A stretch of DNA of 64,000 bases, from assembly GCA_965261595.1 (NCBI GenBank), contig CBDHDG010000002.1, positions 96,001-160,000 of the forward strand, read 5' to 3'. Every line of letters starts with the position of its first letter. The first letter of the stretch is position 1. Below, piece after piece: positions 29,864-39,592 of this stretch. Position numbers and translations under genes: made by a program. The stretch is from a bacterium. GTDB taxonomy: Bacteria > UBA8248 > JACPRG01 > G963555815. The notes beneath the pieces were generated by a model. It saw nothing but the letters and a program-made list of their open reading frames with translations, was not told the origin of the DNA and did no database searches.

Positions 29864-30814
29864 ATGACCTCTTCCTACGCCATCCTGTGGGCCCTTTCGG
29901 CGGGATTTTTCTTTGCTCTGGGCGATTTCTCCCTGAAGATGGCCCTCCAGTATTCCTCCCCGACCGTGGCCATCAACGTGATGGTGTGGGTCCAGTGGGT
30001 GATCTTCACGGTCATCTGTTGGGTTTCCGGGACGTTCTCGAACTTTTCCAACCCGGCATATCCCTGGTTTTTGGTGACGGGATTCATGAATCCCGTATTG
30101 TTCCTGTTCCTCTACACCCTCGGCATCCGGCGGGTCGGATTGGTCCGTTCGGCGCCCCTGAAGGGCTTTACGCCGGTCGTCGCCGTCGTCTTCGCCTTCA
30201 TTGTGCTGGAGGAACGGCTCATCGCCTTCCAGTACGTGGGAATCGCGTTGACCATCGGCGGCATCTTCACCATTACGACGGAGGACAGCAGGAGGGAGGC
30301 GCCCATCAGGGACCCCGCCGCGCCCTCCCTGGGGGCGGCCGACGGGCCGTCAGAAAAAAATCCAACGGAAAAAAGCCCGGCCTACCGGAGACTCGGCTAC
30401 CTGTTTACGATCCTGGCCGCCACCTCGACCGGACTCTCCGCCGTCCTGTTCAAGATCGTGTTGTTGCGCCTCCCTTCCCCCCTGTTCGGGGCCTGGCTCG
30501 GCGCGTGCCTGGGCGTCGTCCTTTATCCTTTCGTGGCTTTTCTGTTTCCGTCCGGGGAGCGGTTCGGACTCCGCCGCTCCGCCTGGCCTTGGCTGATCTG
30601 TGGGGGCGCGTCCATGGCGACGGCGATCTACTCGCTGTTTGCCGCCATCCACCACGGAATGGTTTCCATCGTCACGACCCTGTACCAGATCTCGCCGCTC
30701 ATCGTCCTGGTGCTGGCGATCCTGTTTTTGCGCAAGTTGGAGCGGGTAACGCCCCGGGTCGTAGCGGGGGGATTGATGACGGTCGGGGGGGGAGTGCTGG
30801 TGAGTGTGTTTTGA
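29864..30814 (+). CDS. DMT/EamA family transporter
   Basis: About 10 hydrophobic segments in two repeats, each ending LEER / LERV. Confidence 0.85.
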   Translation: MTSSYAILWALSAGFFFALGDFSLKMALQYSSPTVAINVMVWVQWVIFTVICWVSGTFSNFSNPAYPWFLVTGFMNPVLFLFLYTLGIRRVGLVRSAPLKGFTPVVAVVFAFIVLEERLIAFQYVGIALTIGGIFTITTEDSRREAPIRDPAAPSLGAADGPSEKNPTEKSPAYRRLGYLFTILAATSTGLSAVLFKIVLLRLPSPLFGAWLGACLGVVLYPFVAFLFPSGERFGLRRSAWPWLICGGASMATAIYSLFAAIHHGMVSIVTTLYQISPLIVLVLAILFLRKLERVTPRVVAGGLMTVGGGVLVSVF

Positions 30815-31154
30815 GGGTGGGGGAATCAGGGGGACGCCATATGGTATCGATAAAGTTACATAGCAGCGCTTGTCTCTGATGCAAAGTCAAATGTAAAATC
30901 ACACGCATATTCAAACGATTAGCTCCCCCAATACCGCCTACAGGTGGGGATATGCAATGGGGGAAGTGGAAAATCCGGCTTTGAGAGTCGATTTCGACCG
31001 CCGGCGCGGGTTGGGGTCGGATCCGGAATCAACCTCGGATGCGGAACTGCCGGGTTGCCGAGAACGGGCGATGGGCCGGGTTTGGGGAGGAGGCGCGGAC
31101 CTGCCGGCAAGAGACACGGGGAAGTTCTTGGACATTGGGGGTTGAAAAGGCGCG

Positions 31155-33050
31155 ATGGTCAAGCAAACGGGCCTGATTGGGACAACTCAGGGACAGTCCG
31201 CCTCTCGGCCCTCATTCCATAAAAACAGTTGGGCCGTTCTCATCGGGATCGATGAATACCCCGAAAAAGCACCGGGACTCGGACCGCTCAACTGTGCCGT
31301 GAATGACGTCGTGGCGGTGCAAAATATCTTGCTCATGCTCGGCTTTCCAAGCCAACAGATCTATCTCCTCAGCAATCAAGAAGCAACAAAGCGGGGAATC
31401 GAAGAGGTCATCGTCGACGAACTTGAAGGGAAGGTGGGCCCCACCGATCAAGTGGTCGTTTTCTTCGCCGGGCACGGGACAACTCAATCGACCAAATCCC
31501 ACAACAAAAAGGAGCCCGAAAAGGAAGGTTACCTCCTTCCCGTAGATTGTGATCCGACGCGACTATACTCGAGCTCCATCTCAATGCGGAGATTGCGGGA
31601 GATGGCCCAGCGGGTCGGGGCGAAACATTTCCTGTATCTTGTGGAGGCCTGCTACAGTGGTTTAGCGATTTACAAAACAAGAAGTGTCACGAAATCAGAT
31701 CTCCTTGAGGACCTCGTCGCCGAAGAATCCATTCAAATCCTCACCGCCGGCCGAGAAGGAGATCAGGTGATTGAGGTCGGACAACACGGTCTCTTCACTC
31801 ATATTCTTCTCGATGCCCTTCGGGGTGCGGCGGACTTGAGGGGATGGAATCGGCTTCCACTGGATCACTTGGCCCATTACATGGCCTCCCGGGTTTATGC
31901 GGAATCCGACAAAAGGATGCTCCCCCAACACGGGAACCTCAGCGGGGGTGGCCAGTTCATCTTCGAATTATCACCAACAAATTGCCCTCTATTCAAATCC
32001 GGCCTGACAAGGATCTCTTCGACGAAGCCGCCGAAGAAAATCCATGATCAATCCATCCCCGTTGCGCCGTTAATCGACAATAGGCCCCCGGGACCTCGAA
32101 TTCGCAAATTCGCCGTCAACGGCACGGTTTCGATCCAGAGCGAGTTGAAGGGGGATCTCTATCTGGATAACAAGGAGCTTAGGATTCGCATCGAACCCAC
32201 CGAGAGGGTGGACATCAGCGATCTCCCGGTCGGATGGCACGAGATTGTGGTTCGTGGGGGAGGTGTCAGCGCTTCTGAGAGTGTCAAGCTATTGGAAAAT
32301 GAAGTCGTAGAAGTTTTGTTGAAACAATCTCTACCTGAAAACATTATCGATGAAAAAGATCGCGCCCCGATGGTGCTTGTCCCCGCGGGGGAATTTTTGA
32401 TGGGAAGCGATAAGCTTGACTGGAATGTCAAGAAAAACGAGCGCCCCCACCGCCTGATTCACCTGGATGGTTTTTATATCAACAAGTATCCTGTGACGAA
32501 CAGGCAGTATGTGAAATCTGTCAATGCCACAAAGCACAGGAAACCCCGTTTTTGGCGGGACCCTCAGGTGAACGGCCCCGATCAACCCGTCATCGGCGTG
32601 ACTTGGACCGATGCACGCAGTTACTCCGAGTGGGCGGGGAAGCGTCTATGTACGGAGGCTGAGTGGGAGAAGGCGGCCCGCGGGACGGACGGCCGTTTAT
32701 ATCCTTGAGGGAATGTCTGGGATCCCGCCAAGCTCATTTGGCGCAAAAACAGCCATGGCCGGCCGCATCCGGTGCGACGGAGCGATCTCACCCACCGCAG
32801 TCCCTACAACGTTGTCGATATGGTGGGGAACGTCATGGAGTGGTGCCAAGACTTCTACAGCCTTGATTATTACCCCAATGCTCCGGAGCGGAATCCGAAA
32901 GGACCGGAAGGGGGCTCTTGGCGCGTTTTGCGGGGCGGAGATTGTTCCATGGAAGATCCCAACCAATTCCGGGTCGCGAACCGGGAATCCGCCTTGGCGG
33001 ATTCCAAGGTCACCCTTGTCGGGTTTCGTTGCGCGAAGTCAGTCCCATAA
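31155..33050 (+). pseudogene. Caspase-like + FGE-sulfatase (SUMF1) domain protein interrupted by an in-frame TGA at 32706-32708
   Basis: FAGHG, EACYSG, VPAGEFLMGS, TEAEWEKAARG, YP*GN (conserved Trp position), DMVGNVMEW, VLRGG, GFRCA. Confidence 0.8.
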
Positions 33051-33067
33051 ATTCTGAATCCCTGGGA

Positions 33068-33194
33068 GAATCAGGGGGACGCCATACTTATTTCTCCCGA
33101 TGCCCCTTTTTCGTCCCGGCTTCCGCCGTCGCGGGATACGCCCCGATGGGTCTTCAAGCTTGTCCAACAAACCCGTCATTTCCCAAGGGTCTGC
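33068..33194 (-). repeat. Second remnant of the RAYT 3' end
   Basis: Aligns by eye with 29443-29562 (GGGGACRCCATACTTATTTCTCCC...CCGTCATTTCCCA.GGGTCTGC). Confidence 0.7.
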
Positions 33195-33477
33195 GCAAGA
33201 GCATAAGGTCAGATTTGACAGTCTAACATTTTACAGAGATCCCGCAAGGTTTGAGAAAGATGAAAGCGATCAACAATTTCATTTTATAACCAAGCCGAAT
33301 TTCTCACCAACGTTAGAGCCCGAACGGGGTAGGTCGATTGAACCGGTTGGCTTTCAATCATTGACCCAACGGACGGGCGCCGACCAAGTTCGAGGATTGT
33401 CTTCCCCAGCCTCCCCCGCTCTAGGGTTTTGTTGGACACTCGATTGATCCATGATTCATGGAGAAAGGGGTGTCGCG

Positions 33478-33864
33478 ATGAACGAACAAAAGCAAGAGGG
33501 GGCTTTGGCGGAGGGCGCCCGCAGGGCGAACGGAGCCAAGGCCCCAGGGCATCGCAGTGAGCGGGGTCGGTTCTCCTGCCAGCGCAAGCGGGAGGCGGTC
33601 CTGCGTCTTTTGCGGGGCGAGAGCCTGGAGACGCTCTGCCGCGAGTTGGGCACGACAGCGGCTCGGCTTTCCGCCTGGCGCGAGGCGTTCCTTCGCGGGG
33701 GCGAGGCGGCGCTCAAAGCCCGCCCGGCGGATGAGCGGGCCGAGGAGAACGCCCGGCTCAAGGCCAAGGTGGGCGAACTCACGATGGAGGGCGAGGTCCT
33801 GCGGGAGAAGATCGACCGCCTGGAGGCCGGCCGCCCTTTAGCCGGCAGGAGGTGGAGGCGATGA
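33478..33864 (+). CDS. IS3-family transposase OrfA
   Basis: As copy A, with one amino acid difference (D/A). Confidence 0.85.
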   Translation: MNEQKQEGALAEGARRANGAKAPGHRSERGRFSCQRKREAVLRLLRGESLETLCRELGTTAARLSAWREAFLRGGEAALKARPADERAEENARLKAKVGELTMEGEVLREKIDRLEAGRPLAGRRWRR

Positions 33865-34769
33865 GTCAGGCCCGCTTCACCTCCACGGGCAGAGCCTACG
33901 GCCTGAAGCGGGTGTGCGCCCTTTGGGGCTTGGCGCGCTCCACGGTCTACGCGCAACGGCGGCGAGAGGCGGTCCCCGTTCATGAACGCCCCACGCCCAA
34001 TAAGCGCGGCCCTGTGGGCCCGTGCACCGATGCGGAACTCCTCGGCCACATCCGGCAGGTCCTGGAGGACTCTCCCTTCCATGGCGAGGGCTACCGCAAG
34101 GTGTGGGCGAGGCTGCGCTTCGCGGGCATCCGCACCAGCAAGGAGCGGGTGCGTCGCCTGATGCGGGAGGCGGGGCTTCAGGCCCCCCACCGGGTGGGCA
34201 AACCCCGAGGTCCCAAGGCCCACAACGGGACCATCCGCACCGAGCGGCCCGACCGAGTGTGGGGCACGGACATGACGACGACGGTGACCACCGAGGAGGG
34301 GATGGCCTCGGTGTTCGTGGCGGTGGATCACTGCTCGGTGGACTGCGTGGGGATCCATGCGGCCAAGAGCGGCAACCGCTTCGAGGCCCTGGAGCCGATC
34401 CGGCAGGGGGTCGCCGAGCGCTTCGCCGGCTTGGAGGCGGACGTCGCCGAGGGGCTTAAAGTTCGTCACGACCACGGCCCCGCCTATCTGTCCGATGACT
34501 TTCAGCGGGAGATCGCCTACCTGGGCATGACCAGTTCGCCCAGCTTCGTGCGGGCGCCCGAGGGAAATGGCTACTGTGAGTGGTTCATCCGCATCTTGAA
34601 GGAGAATCTCCTGTGGGTGCGCTCTTTCGCCACCGTAGAGGAACTGCGGTGGGCGCTGCTTGAGTTCAAGAACCTGTACAACCATCATTGGATTCTCGAG
34701 GGCTACGGCTACCGAACGCCGGCCCAGGCAAGGCAGGAAAAACTCGCTCAAGTTGCGGAGGCCGCATGA
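33861..34769 (+). CDS. IS3-family transposase OrfB
   Basis: DDE motifs; GGAGG RBS and ATGA overlap with orfA. Confidence 0.9.
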   Translation: MSQARFTSTGRAYGLKRVCALWGLARSTVYAQRRREAVPVHERPTPNKRGPVGPCTDAELLGHIRQVLEDSPFHGEGYRKVWARLRFAGIRTSKERVRRLMREAGLQAPHRVGKPRGPKAHNGTIRTERPDRVWGTDMTTTVTTEEGMASVFVAVDHCSVDCVGIHAAKSGNRFEALEPIRQGVAERFAGLEADVAEGLKVRHDHGPAYLSDDFQREIAYLGMTSSPSFVRAPEGNGYCEWFIRILKENLLWVRSFATVEELRWALLEFKNLYNHHWILEGYGYRTPAQARQEKLAQVAEAA

Positions 34770-35058
34770 GGTCGAATACCCTCACCCGAGTGTCCAATAA
34801 CCCAGGGGCGGTCCAAGCCTCTCGATTGCGCGGATGGTTCTGGAAAGAGACCCGGTAAATTGTGGTGCTTTCACGTCACATAGGGTGCGGTTCGGTGGGT
34901 GTTTCGTGGTAAAAATTACAGTGAAGTGGTCGGACGCTGCGGTGGTGCTGAAGGAATTCCGCAGGATCGCGCGGGGGGCCTCCTGAATCCGGGGGGGGGA
35001 GGGCGGGGGCGTTGTGTTTCAGGCCGTCCCAACCACATCGCATTGCTCTGGAGGGGTG

Positions 35059-35874
35059 ATGATCCGCAGGGAGTGGGAAGACGACTGGGTTCTTTTTCCC
35101 CAGCCGGAGCACGCCCGAATCTCCGGCGTCCTGGCCGAGGCCTGGGGCTCCAGCGATTTTTCCCGGCCCGAGCCGTGGGACGACGTTCTCCGGGCGACGT
35201 ACGAGCATGACGTCGGCTGGACGGATTGGGAGAAGGCGCCCACCCTCAACGCGGACCGCCTGCCCGCGCACTTCACCGAAACCCCCGTGGATGTGAATCT
35301 CGATATCTTTCGCGAGGGCGTCCAGAACGTCTACAGCCGGGGATATCCCCATGCCGCCGCCCTGGTCAGCCGACACGCGGGCAACGTCTACCGCGGGATC
35401 CTGCAGCGTGCGGGGGCCCGGCCTTTGTCGCCCGAGGAAGAGGACAAGATCAGGGCCTACGTCACCGAGCATGATGAACGGCAGGCCGAGATCTGCCGGG
35501 AGATCAACGAGGGGGCGGGGGGGGCGGGCAAGGATGAGGTCGTCACCCTGGAGGACGTGCATCGGAACGGCAGATTCGTGACCACGCTTGACACCTTCTC
35601 GCTCGTGCTTTGCAACGGCTGGACTCATCGGAAACGTTTGCAGGAGGCGCCGGTCGGCCCCTCGGAGGAAGACGGTTTCACGGACATCGCCCTGGATCTC
35701 ACGGACCCGTTCTCCCTCCGAGTCTCCCCCTGGCCGTTCTCCCGGGACTGCGTGGAGGCGACCGCGCGGGGCCGCCGCATCCCTCGAGAGCCGTTCGATT
35801 CCGATGAGGACCTCCACGCCGCTCTCCGGGACGCTCCGCTGTTCGAGATGACCTACCGTCTCATGCCCGGCTAG
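35059..35874 (+). CDS. DUF3891-like protein
   Basis: MIRRE...QPEHARISG.LAEAWG...EHDVGW.DWE...LVSRH...D.FSL.LC...PWPF. Confidence 0.75.
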   Translation: MIRREWEDDWVLFPQPEHARISGVLAEAWGSSDFSRPEPWDDVLRATYEHDVGWTDWEKAPTLNADRLPAHFTETPVDVNLDIFREGVQNVYSRGYPHAAALVSRHAGNVYRGILQRAGARPLSPEEEDKIRAYVTEHDERQAEICREINEGAGGAGKDEVVTLEDVHRNGRFVTTLDTFSLVLCNGWTHRKRLQEAPVGPSEEDGFTDIALDLTDPFSLRVSPWPFSRDCVEATARGRRIPREPFDSDEDLHAALRDAPLFEMTYRLMPG

Positions 35875-37569
35875 CCTGGATATCTCACAAAGAAAGAGAG
35901 CCAAGCCGGTTTTTTTCGGGTAAACTCTTTTTGATCAACGGGTTGCCCGAAGAAAGGAGACCGACTTGACTCGCACACAGTGTATCGCAGAACAGATGGA
36001 ATTCCAAGGGTTGGGTTCTCGGCGTGTGATCGCCACTTCCAACGGCGGGGCGATCACCTCTGATGCGGGCGGTCTTTTGCTACGCGACACCGAGGGGCGG
36101 GTGAAGCTGATCGCAGGCTTCGCGGCCTGTTTTGAGGACGGTCGGGACGCGAGGCGGGTGGAAGATGAGTTGTGGGCGTTGTTGCGGCAGCGGGTGTACG
36201 CGCTGGCGCTTGGCTATGAGGACGTCAATGACCACGAGCGGCTTCGCTTTGACCCGATGCTCCAGATCCTCTCGGGCAAGCTGGAGGCCACGCGGCGCAA
36301 GGGGGGTCCGGCCCTTGCGGGCAAGAGCACGCTGAACCGTTTGGAGCGTCTTGCGGGCGATGGCGATGAGCGCTACCACAAGATCGCCTACCGAGGCGAG
36401 GCGATCGACCGGCTGTTGGTGGAGGGCTTCCTTCGGTCGCAGAGGCGGGCGCCGGGTCGGATCGTTTTGGACATCGACGCCACCGACGACCCGGTGCACG
36501 GCTGTCAGGAGGGGCGTTTCTTCCACGGCTATCACGGTCATTACTGCTACCTTCCGCTTTACATCTTCTGCGGGGATTTCCTTTTGTGCGCTCGGCTTCG
36601 GCCCTCCAATATCGACGCCTCCTCGGGGGTGGTGGAGGAGTTGGAGCGGATCGTTGCCCAGATTCGGGCACGCTGGCCGCAGGTGTCGATCCTGCTTCGG
36701 GCGGATTCGGACTTCTCGCGCGAGTGGATCATGGCCTGGTGCGAGGCGCAGGGGGTGGATTACGTGTTCGGCCTGGCCAAGACCTCCCGGCTGCAGGAAG
36801 CGGTGAAGGACGAGCTGGCCGAAGCGAAGGCGCGTCATCAGAGCACGGGGAAGGGGGCGCGGTTATTCCGGTCGTTTCCTCACCGGACGCTTACATCCTG
36901 GAGCCGGGTGCGGCGGGTGGTTGCCAAGGCCGAGCACCTGGCCAAGGGCGCCAATCCGCGCTTCATCGTGACTTCGCTGGACGAGGAGGCGATCGACGCG
37001 AAGCCTCTGTACGAGCGCATCTACTGCGCCCGGGGGACGATGGAGAACCGGCTCAAGGAGCAGCAGCTCGACCTGTACGCGGACCGGACGTCGTGCACGC
37101 GGATGCGCTCCAATCAGTTGCGGCTCTACCTGTCGGCGGTGGCCTATGAACTGATGCATGCGTTGCGTCGGCTAGGCCTTCGGGGGACGGCGTTTGCAAA
37201 GGCAACGTGTGGAACGGTGCGGACGCGGCTGCTGAAGATCGGGGCGCAGGTTCGGGTGAGCGTGCGGCGAGTGCACGTGGCCCTTGCGACGGGTTATCCG
37301 TACATGAATGTGTTCTTCCACGCCTGGCGGAACCTGCGCGCGGGGCCGGAGGGAGAGCCCGCCGTCTAAGACAGATTGCAAAATGAACGCGCAGGGAGTC
37401 GAGGCAAACGTGCGTGCGGAGCCGAGCCAAATCGGCCAAAAAGCCCCTCTCACGGGTCAACTCCAACCACCCACCGGCCCTGGTTCCACCGTAAAAGCGA
37501 CAGACAGGAAAAAACACTCCAATTCACACCCGATAATCCATCCGCCGAGTGGGGGGTGAGAAATGCGGG
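35875..37569 (+). mobile_element. IS1380-family insertion sequence
   Basis: IRs CCTGGATATCTCAC / CCCGCATTTCTCAC; CTAG duplicated at 35871-74 and 37570-73. Confidence 0.92.
35966..37369 (+). CDS. IS1380-family transposase
   Basis: TSDAG, GYEDVND, LDIDATDD, RADS, YCARGTMENRLKE. Confidence 0.92.
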   Translation: MTRTQCIAEQMEFQGLGSRRVIATSNGGAITSDAGGLLLRDTEGRVKLIAGFAACFEDGRDARRVEDELWALLRQRVYALALGYEDVNDHERLRFDPMLQILSGKLEATRRKGGPALAGKSTLNRLERLAGDGDERYHKIAYRGEAIDRLLVEGFLRSQRRAPGRIVLDIDATDDPVHGCQEGRFFHGYHGHYCYLPLYIFCGDFLLCARLRPSNIDASSGVVEELERIVAQIRARWPQVSILLRADSDFSREWIMAWCEAQGVDYVFGLAKTSRLQEAVKDELAEAKARHQSTGKGARLFRSFPHRTLTSWSRVRRVVAKAEHLAKGANPRFIVTSLDEEAIDAKPLYERIYCARGTMENRLKEQQLDLYADRTSCTRMRSNQLRLYLSAVAYELMHALRRLGLRGTAFAKATCGTVRTRLLKIGAQVRVSVRRVHVALATGYPYMNVFFHAWRNLRAGPEGEPAV

Positions 37570-37642
37570 CTAGGCGGGATTTCTCATAAAGGGATTCTTC
37601 AATCTCGGATGGGCAGGTCACCCGTCCCCGCCCGAAAAAAGC

Positions 37643-37665
37643 GCCGGGCAGGATGCCCGGCCTAC
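37643..37665 (-). repeat. GTAG-type REP palindrome
   Basis: GTAG-GCCGGGCA-TCC-TGCCCGGC on the - strand; relatives at 41605 and 59354. Confidence 0.6.
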
Positions 37666-37756
37666 CCGTACGCAGAAGGTCTATCTCCTAACACCCCCTG
37701 GAGTTGACCCGGTTTGATGGACACCTGATGATTTGGGGGTAAAGGAGGTGTTCACG

Positions 37757-38071
37757 ATGCCACAGACTCACCCACGCTATCCAATGGAGTTCCGCTGCCA
37801 GATGGTAGAGTTGGTCCGGGCGGGACGCACGCCCGAGGCGCTGGCGCACGAGTTCGAGCCCTCGGCGCAGACGATCCGCACCTGGGCCCATCAAGCCGAC
37901 GTTGACGAGGGGCGTCGCAAAGACGGGCTCACGAGCGATGAGCGGGAGGAGTTGCGCCGACTTCGCCGCGAGAACCGACAGCTCCGCCAGGAGCGGGAGA
38001 TCTTAGCAAAAGCCGCGGCCTGGTTTGCTCGGGATACCGATTCGATCCCGTCCGGATCTACGGGTTCGTGA
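37757..38071 (+). CDS. IS3-family transposase OrfA
   Basis: YPMEFR..MVELVRAG; ELRRLRRENRQLRQEREILAKAAAWFA. Confidence 0.88.
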   Translation: MPQTHPRYPMEFRCQMVELVRAGRTPEALAHEFEPSAQTIRTWAHQADVDEGRRKDGLTSDEREELRRLRRENRQLRQEREILAKAAAWFARDTDSIPSGSTGS

Positions 38072-38916
38072 GGGCGAACCAGGCCATGTATCGGACCGCC
38101 ACCATGTGCCGGGTGCTGGGCGTCTCCTCCAGCGGCTACTACGCGTGGCGCAGGCGCGCGCCGTGTGCCCGCTCGTGTGCCGATCGGGCGCTCACCAAAC
38201 GCATTCAGGCGATCCACGAGCGTTCTCGGGGGACTTACGGCGTGCCGCGCGTCCATGCCGAGTTGGAGGCTGAGGGAGTGCGTGTGGGCCGCAAGCGCGT
38301 CGCCAGGCTGATGCGTGGGGCGGGACTTGCGGGCGTCAGTCGGCGCAAGGGAGCGCGCACGACGCAGCGCCGGCAGGAGGCGCGGCCGGCCCCTGATCTG
38401 GTGGACCGCAACTTCACGGCCGAGGCCCCCGACCGGCTGTGGGTGGCCGACATCACCTACGTTCCGACATGGGCGGGGTTTTTGTATCTGGCCGTGGCGC
38501 TCGATGCGTTCAGCCGGCGCATCGTGGGGTGGTCGATGGCCACACACCTGCGGGCCGAGTTGGTGCTCGACGCGCTCGACATGGCGCTGTATAAGCGCCG
38601 TCCCCGGGCCGTCATCCACCACTCCGACCAGGGCACGCAGTACACCTCGGTCGCCTTTGGGCAGCGCTGCCGGCAGGCGGGCGGGCGTCCCTCCATGGGT
38701 TCGGTCGGGGACTGCTACGACAACGCGCTGTGTGAGAGTTTTTTCGCCACGCTGGAGTGCGATCTCCTCGCTCGCCACAGTTTCCGCACCCGGGCCGAGG
38801 CGCGCATGGAGGTGTTCGGGTTCATCGAGGGCTTCTACAACCCGCATCGTCGGCACTCCTCCATCGACAACCTGTCACCCGTTAACTACGAAAGGAGACA
38901 ACAACGCACACCCTGA
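38068..38916 (+). CDS. IS3-family transposase OrfB
   Basis: WVADITY, HHSDQGTQY, DNALCESFF, YNPHRRHS. Confidence 0.92.
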   Translation: MRANQAMYRTATMCRVLGVSSSGYYAWRRRAPCARSCADRALTKRIQAIHERSRGTYGVPRVHAELEAEGVRVGRKRVARLMRGAGLAGVSRRKGARTTQRRQEARPAPDLVDRNFTAEAPDRLWVADITYVPTWAGFLYLAVALDAFSRRIVGWSMATHLRAELVLDALDMALYKRRPRAVIHHSDQGTQYTSVAFGQRCRQAGGRPSMGSVGDCYDNALCESFFATLECDLLARHSFRTRAEARMEVFGFIEGFYNPHRRHSSIDNLSPVNYERRQQRTP

Positions 38917-39306
38917 AAACCCAAGTGCTTAACTCTCCACGAAACCGGGGTAAGTCCACCGGACCCGGATGCGGCCGCCGGGGATTTTTTGAATTTTAGT
39001 TGATTTCGTCTTAATTTCGTTTATATTCAAGAATAAAAACTCAATTTTCCAGTTGGGAGGATAATCCGTGAATGTCGCTTTCAAGAACGTCGAAGCCGAT
39101 TCCCCCCGACATGCGGGTCCGCGCCCCCTTACGGCCTTCCCCGATCCCGAGGGCGTCAGCGAATGAAAAAGTACGATCCAAAGCCAAAGGCGGAATCCAA
39201 ATAAGATCAAATGGGTTTGTATTTTGGAAGGAAGAAAAATAGGGTTTTTCGCTCAGATCGCAAGAACCGTGAAGTAAGGAGCGGCCCATGCGTCGAGAAT
39301 TGCGGG

Positions 39307-39463
39307 GCGAGATCCCTCGCTACGGTGTGTCCTCCGGCTTTTCAGTAGATCGTGCCCGTCGCTCGGGATGACAGATAGCTGGAAAGACACCCTATCGATC
39401 GGACGACGCAACTTAACTTATCAGGAAAGTGTGGGACTGGCGGCTGGTCCGCCAGCGCCGCCC
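39307..39463. repeat. REP-like palindromes
   Basis: GCGAGATCCCTC...TCGCTCGGGATGACA (inverse of 27613-27675) and CTGGCGG-CTGGT-CCGCCAG. Confidence 0.55.
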
Positions 39464-39592
39464 CATTTTTGCCCCACAGGGTCTGATCGGCTGGACAAAA
39501 TGGACGCGGCGGACCCCCCTGGGACTTCCCGAATAACCTGCTAAACTATCCATCATGTAATTTTTTATTCCTGCCCTTGGGAGACGCGCCGC

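Larger units (their letters stand above)
33412..34815 (+). mobile_element. IS3-family insertion sequence, copy B (1404 bp)
   Basis: Same element as copy A in opposite orientation; 4-bp target duplication AGCC (33408-11 and 34816-19). Confidence 0.93.
37699..38958 (+). mobile_element. IS3-family insertion sequence (second type)
   Basis: TG...CA ends; IRs TGGAGTTGACCCGGTTTGATGGA / TGGACTTACCCCGGTTTCGTGGA; AAAAG slippery-type motif 38008-38012; no clean target duplication. Confidence 0.92.

Noticed and set aside
32706..32708. Selenocysteine or genome-wide UGA=Trp recoding at this TGA
   Set aside because: It is a Trp position with no convincing SECIS-like hairpin; many genes here end in TGA and use TGG for Trp.
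32900..33050. DGR variable region in the FGE-sulfatase C-terminus
   Set aside because: No reverse transcriptase and no adenine-variant template repeat seen in the window.
16515..34815. Composite transposon formed by the two inverted IS3 copies
   Set aside because: Each copy has its own target duplication (AGTA and AGCC), which indicates independent insertions; the outer flanks do not match.
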